Origin: Sandaracinaceae bacterium
Lineage (GTDB): Bacteria > Myxococcota_A > Polyangia > Polyangiales > Sandaracinaceae
DNA length: 38,688 nt
Direction: 5' to 3'
Assembly (NCBI GenBank): GCA_044220955.1
Contig: JBGAQA010000018.1
Span: forward strand, 53,391-92,078
Shown here: positions 37,085-38,688 of the stretch, piece by piece
How positions within the stretch are numbered: position 1 is the stretch's first letter
How the letters are laid out: each line of letters opens with the position of its first letter
The notes under the pieces: model-generated
Seen by the model: only the letters and a program-made list of their open reading frames with translations
What the model was told of the DNA's origin: nothing
The model's database searches: none
Program-made: the position numbers and the translations under genes

Positions 37085-38284
37085 TCACCCACGCGCCGGA
37101 ATCGCCGCTCGCAGCGCGAGGTCGCGCGGGTCGCCTTCGAGGTGCAGGCCCATGCGGCTCGTGACGTAGGCGTAGCCGATGCCGGTGTCGGGATCGGCGT
37201 AGCCCACGGAGCCACCCGTGCCGGGGGCGCCGTACGCGCGAGAAGAGCTGCCGAAGCGGACGCTCGCGTTCGGCTTCATGAAGCCGAGCGAGAAGCGCGC
37301 CTCCGCGCCGAAGCACTCGTCGTGGAAGCCGCCGACGCTCGAGGGTCTCGCCTCGGCCTCGAGCGCGGCGATCGTCTCGGGGCGCAGGTCGAGGGCGCCG
37401 CCGCCCGTGGCGAAGACCCCGTAGGCGTGCGCGAGCCCGCGCGCGCTGCACACGCCGTTGCCGGAGGGGACCTCGATGTCGCGCAGGGGACGGTGCCGTG
37501 CATCGACGTAGAAGCTGGTGCCGGGGTTCTCCATGAGCGCGCGGTGCAGCACGGAGCGCTTGCGCATCGCGGCGAGCGTGAAGCCGAACAAGAGCTTCAG
37601 GTTGCGCACCTGCTCTCGGCCGGTCGGCGGCTCCAGCGCGGCGATGCGTGCCTCCGGGATCGACGCGGGCAGGCCGATGTGGACGTCGAGGCCGAGCGGC
37701 CCGGCGATGTCCTCCGCGAGCACGCGCCCGAGCGTCCGATGCTTCGGGTCGACGCGGCGGATGATCTCGCTCTCGTAGAAGCCGAGCGTGATCGCGTGAT
37801 AGGCCTGTCGCTCTCCCGGCGGCCACTCGGGGCGCTGGCGTGCCATCACGCCCGCGAGGCGGTCGAGATCGGCGACGACCGCCGCGTCGACGGGCTCGTC
37901 GAACGCGAACAGGCCAGCCTGATGCCCGAGCAGCTGGCGGATCGTGATCGCGCCCTTGCCGCCACCTGCGAACTCGGGCCAGTAGGTGCTGACGCGCTCG
38001 TCGTGATCGATCCAGCCGCGCGAGTGCGCGAGCGCCATCACCATCCCGGCTAGGCCCTTGGTGGTCGAGTGGACGAGCACGATCGTGTCCTCTTCCCAGG
38101 GTGCGCCGCGGGTCGCGTCGCGCATGCCGCCCCACAGGTCGACCACCTTCTCTCCGTGGCGGTACACGCAGCAGGCGCCGCCGAGCTCGCCGCGGCGGGT
38201 GAAGTTCTCCGCGAACGCGTCGCGCACGGCCTCGTAGCCTGGCGCGACGACGCCTTCGATGCGCGGGGTGGGGCGGGGCGACAT
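37085..38284 (-). CDS. Beta-lactamase-family serine hydrolase (EstA/family VIII esterase-like)
   Basis: GGAGG RBS; VVDLWGG, SxxK (STTK), LLGHQAGL, YHA, G.GGS...ADP. Confidence 0.92.
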   Translation of the reverse strand: MSPRPTPRIEGVVAPGYEAVRDAFAENFTRRGELGGACCVYRHGEKVVDLWGGMRDATRGAPWEEDTIVLVHSTTKGLAGMVMALAHSRGWIDHDERVSTYWPEFAGGGKGAITIRQLLGHQAGLFAFDEPVDAAVVADLDRLAGVMARQRPEWPPGERQAYHAITLGFYESEIIRRVDPKHRTLGRVLAEDIAGPLGLDVHIGLPASIPEARIAALEPPTGREQVRNLKLLFGFTLAAMRKRSVLHRALMENPGTSFYVDARHRPLRDIEVPSGNGVCSARGLAHAYGVFATGGGALDLRPETIAALEAEARPSSVGGFHDECFGAEARFSLGFMKPNASVRFGSSSRAYGAPGTGGSVGYADPDTGIGYAYVTSRMGLHLEGDPRDLALRAAIPARG

Positions 38285-38516
38285 GCGGTGTCCTCCAAGG
38301 GTCCGGCTACGCACCGCCCTCGCCCCCGCCACGGCGGCGAGAGCGCCTCGCCCGGGCCCGAGGTCGGCGCGCCAGCGGGGGATGGCGACGCGTTCGAGCC
38401 GTGCAGCGCTGCGGCGCGGCCGTCAGCCGCGTGCGGCCTGCTGGGCCCCCCGGCGTAGATTCCTGGGTTCGATCGGCGAGCGCCTGAGCTAGCCTCGGCG
38501 CTCGTCGTCGTCTGGG

Positions 38517-38688
38517 ATGCCCGAGCGCCTCGCCATCGCCGTGATCGTGTTCGCCGCCGCGATGGGCGGAGGGGCGGCCTATGCCCAGAGCGAGGGCGAG
38601 AGCGAGAGCGAGAGCGAGAGCGAGAGCGAGGGCGAGGGCGAGGGCGAGAGCGAGAGCGAGAGCGAGAGCGAGGGCGAGAGCGAGAGCG
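38517..38688 (+). CDS. Partial secreted protein with (SE/GE)n low-complexity tract
   Basis: ATG 38517: MPERLAIAVIVFAAAMGGGAAYA-QSEGESESES...; runs off the window. Confidence 0.65.
   Translation, partial: MPERLAIAVIVFAAAMGGGAAYAQSEGESESESESESEGEGEGESESESESEGESES
38588..38688. repeat. Hexanucleotide tandem repeat (RGCGAG)n
   Basis: agcgag/ggcgag units continue to the window end. Confidence 0.95.

Noticed and set aside
37085..38284. Antibiotic-resistance beta-lactamase
   Set aside because: No signal peptide, and the motifs fit cytoplasmic family VIII esterases; resistance cannot be claimed.

Overview
Very GC-rich, gene-dense bacterial DNA. Its content (Ser/Thr kinases, TPR-PEGA proteins, Cys-rich lipoproteins, a MYXO-CTERM sorting signal) points to Myxococcota, probably Polyangia/Sandaracinaceae-like; this is an inference from gene content. 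I support about 34 genes, and most long ORFs in the supplied track are GC-driven shadow frames. Housekeeping genes include an FKBP PPIase, cardiolipin synthase, a TatD-family hydrolase, a hotdog-fold protein, an XRE-cupin regulator, a serine hydrolase and a CASTOR/POLLUX-like channel. Most other genes encode envelope or signalling proteins. Highlights: (1) a TraB-like barrel/TSP3/OmpA gene directly upstream of a TraA-like Cys-rich MYXO-CTERM protein with a DUF642-like head, in reversed order relative to M. xanthus traAB; (2) two modules that each combine a TPR-PEGA protein, a Cys-rich lipoprotein and a membrane kinase; (3) two kinase-GYF_2-DUF4388 paralogues carrying MshEN-like (candidate c-di-GMP-binding) motifs; (4) a 26-repeat Cys-rich lipoprotein built as 2x13 repeats; (5) a recurring TANNNT box 5-9 nt before start codons, suggesting many leaderless transcripts. 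I found no rRNA, tRNA, CRISPR array or mobile element. All domain calls come from motifs recognised by eye, with no database search.
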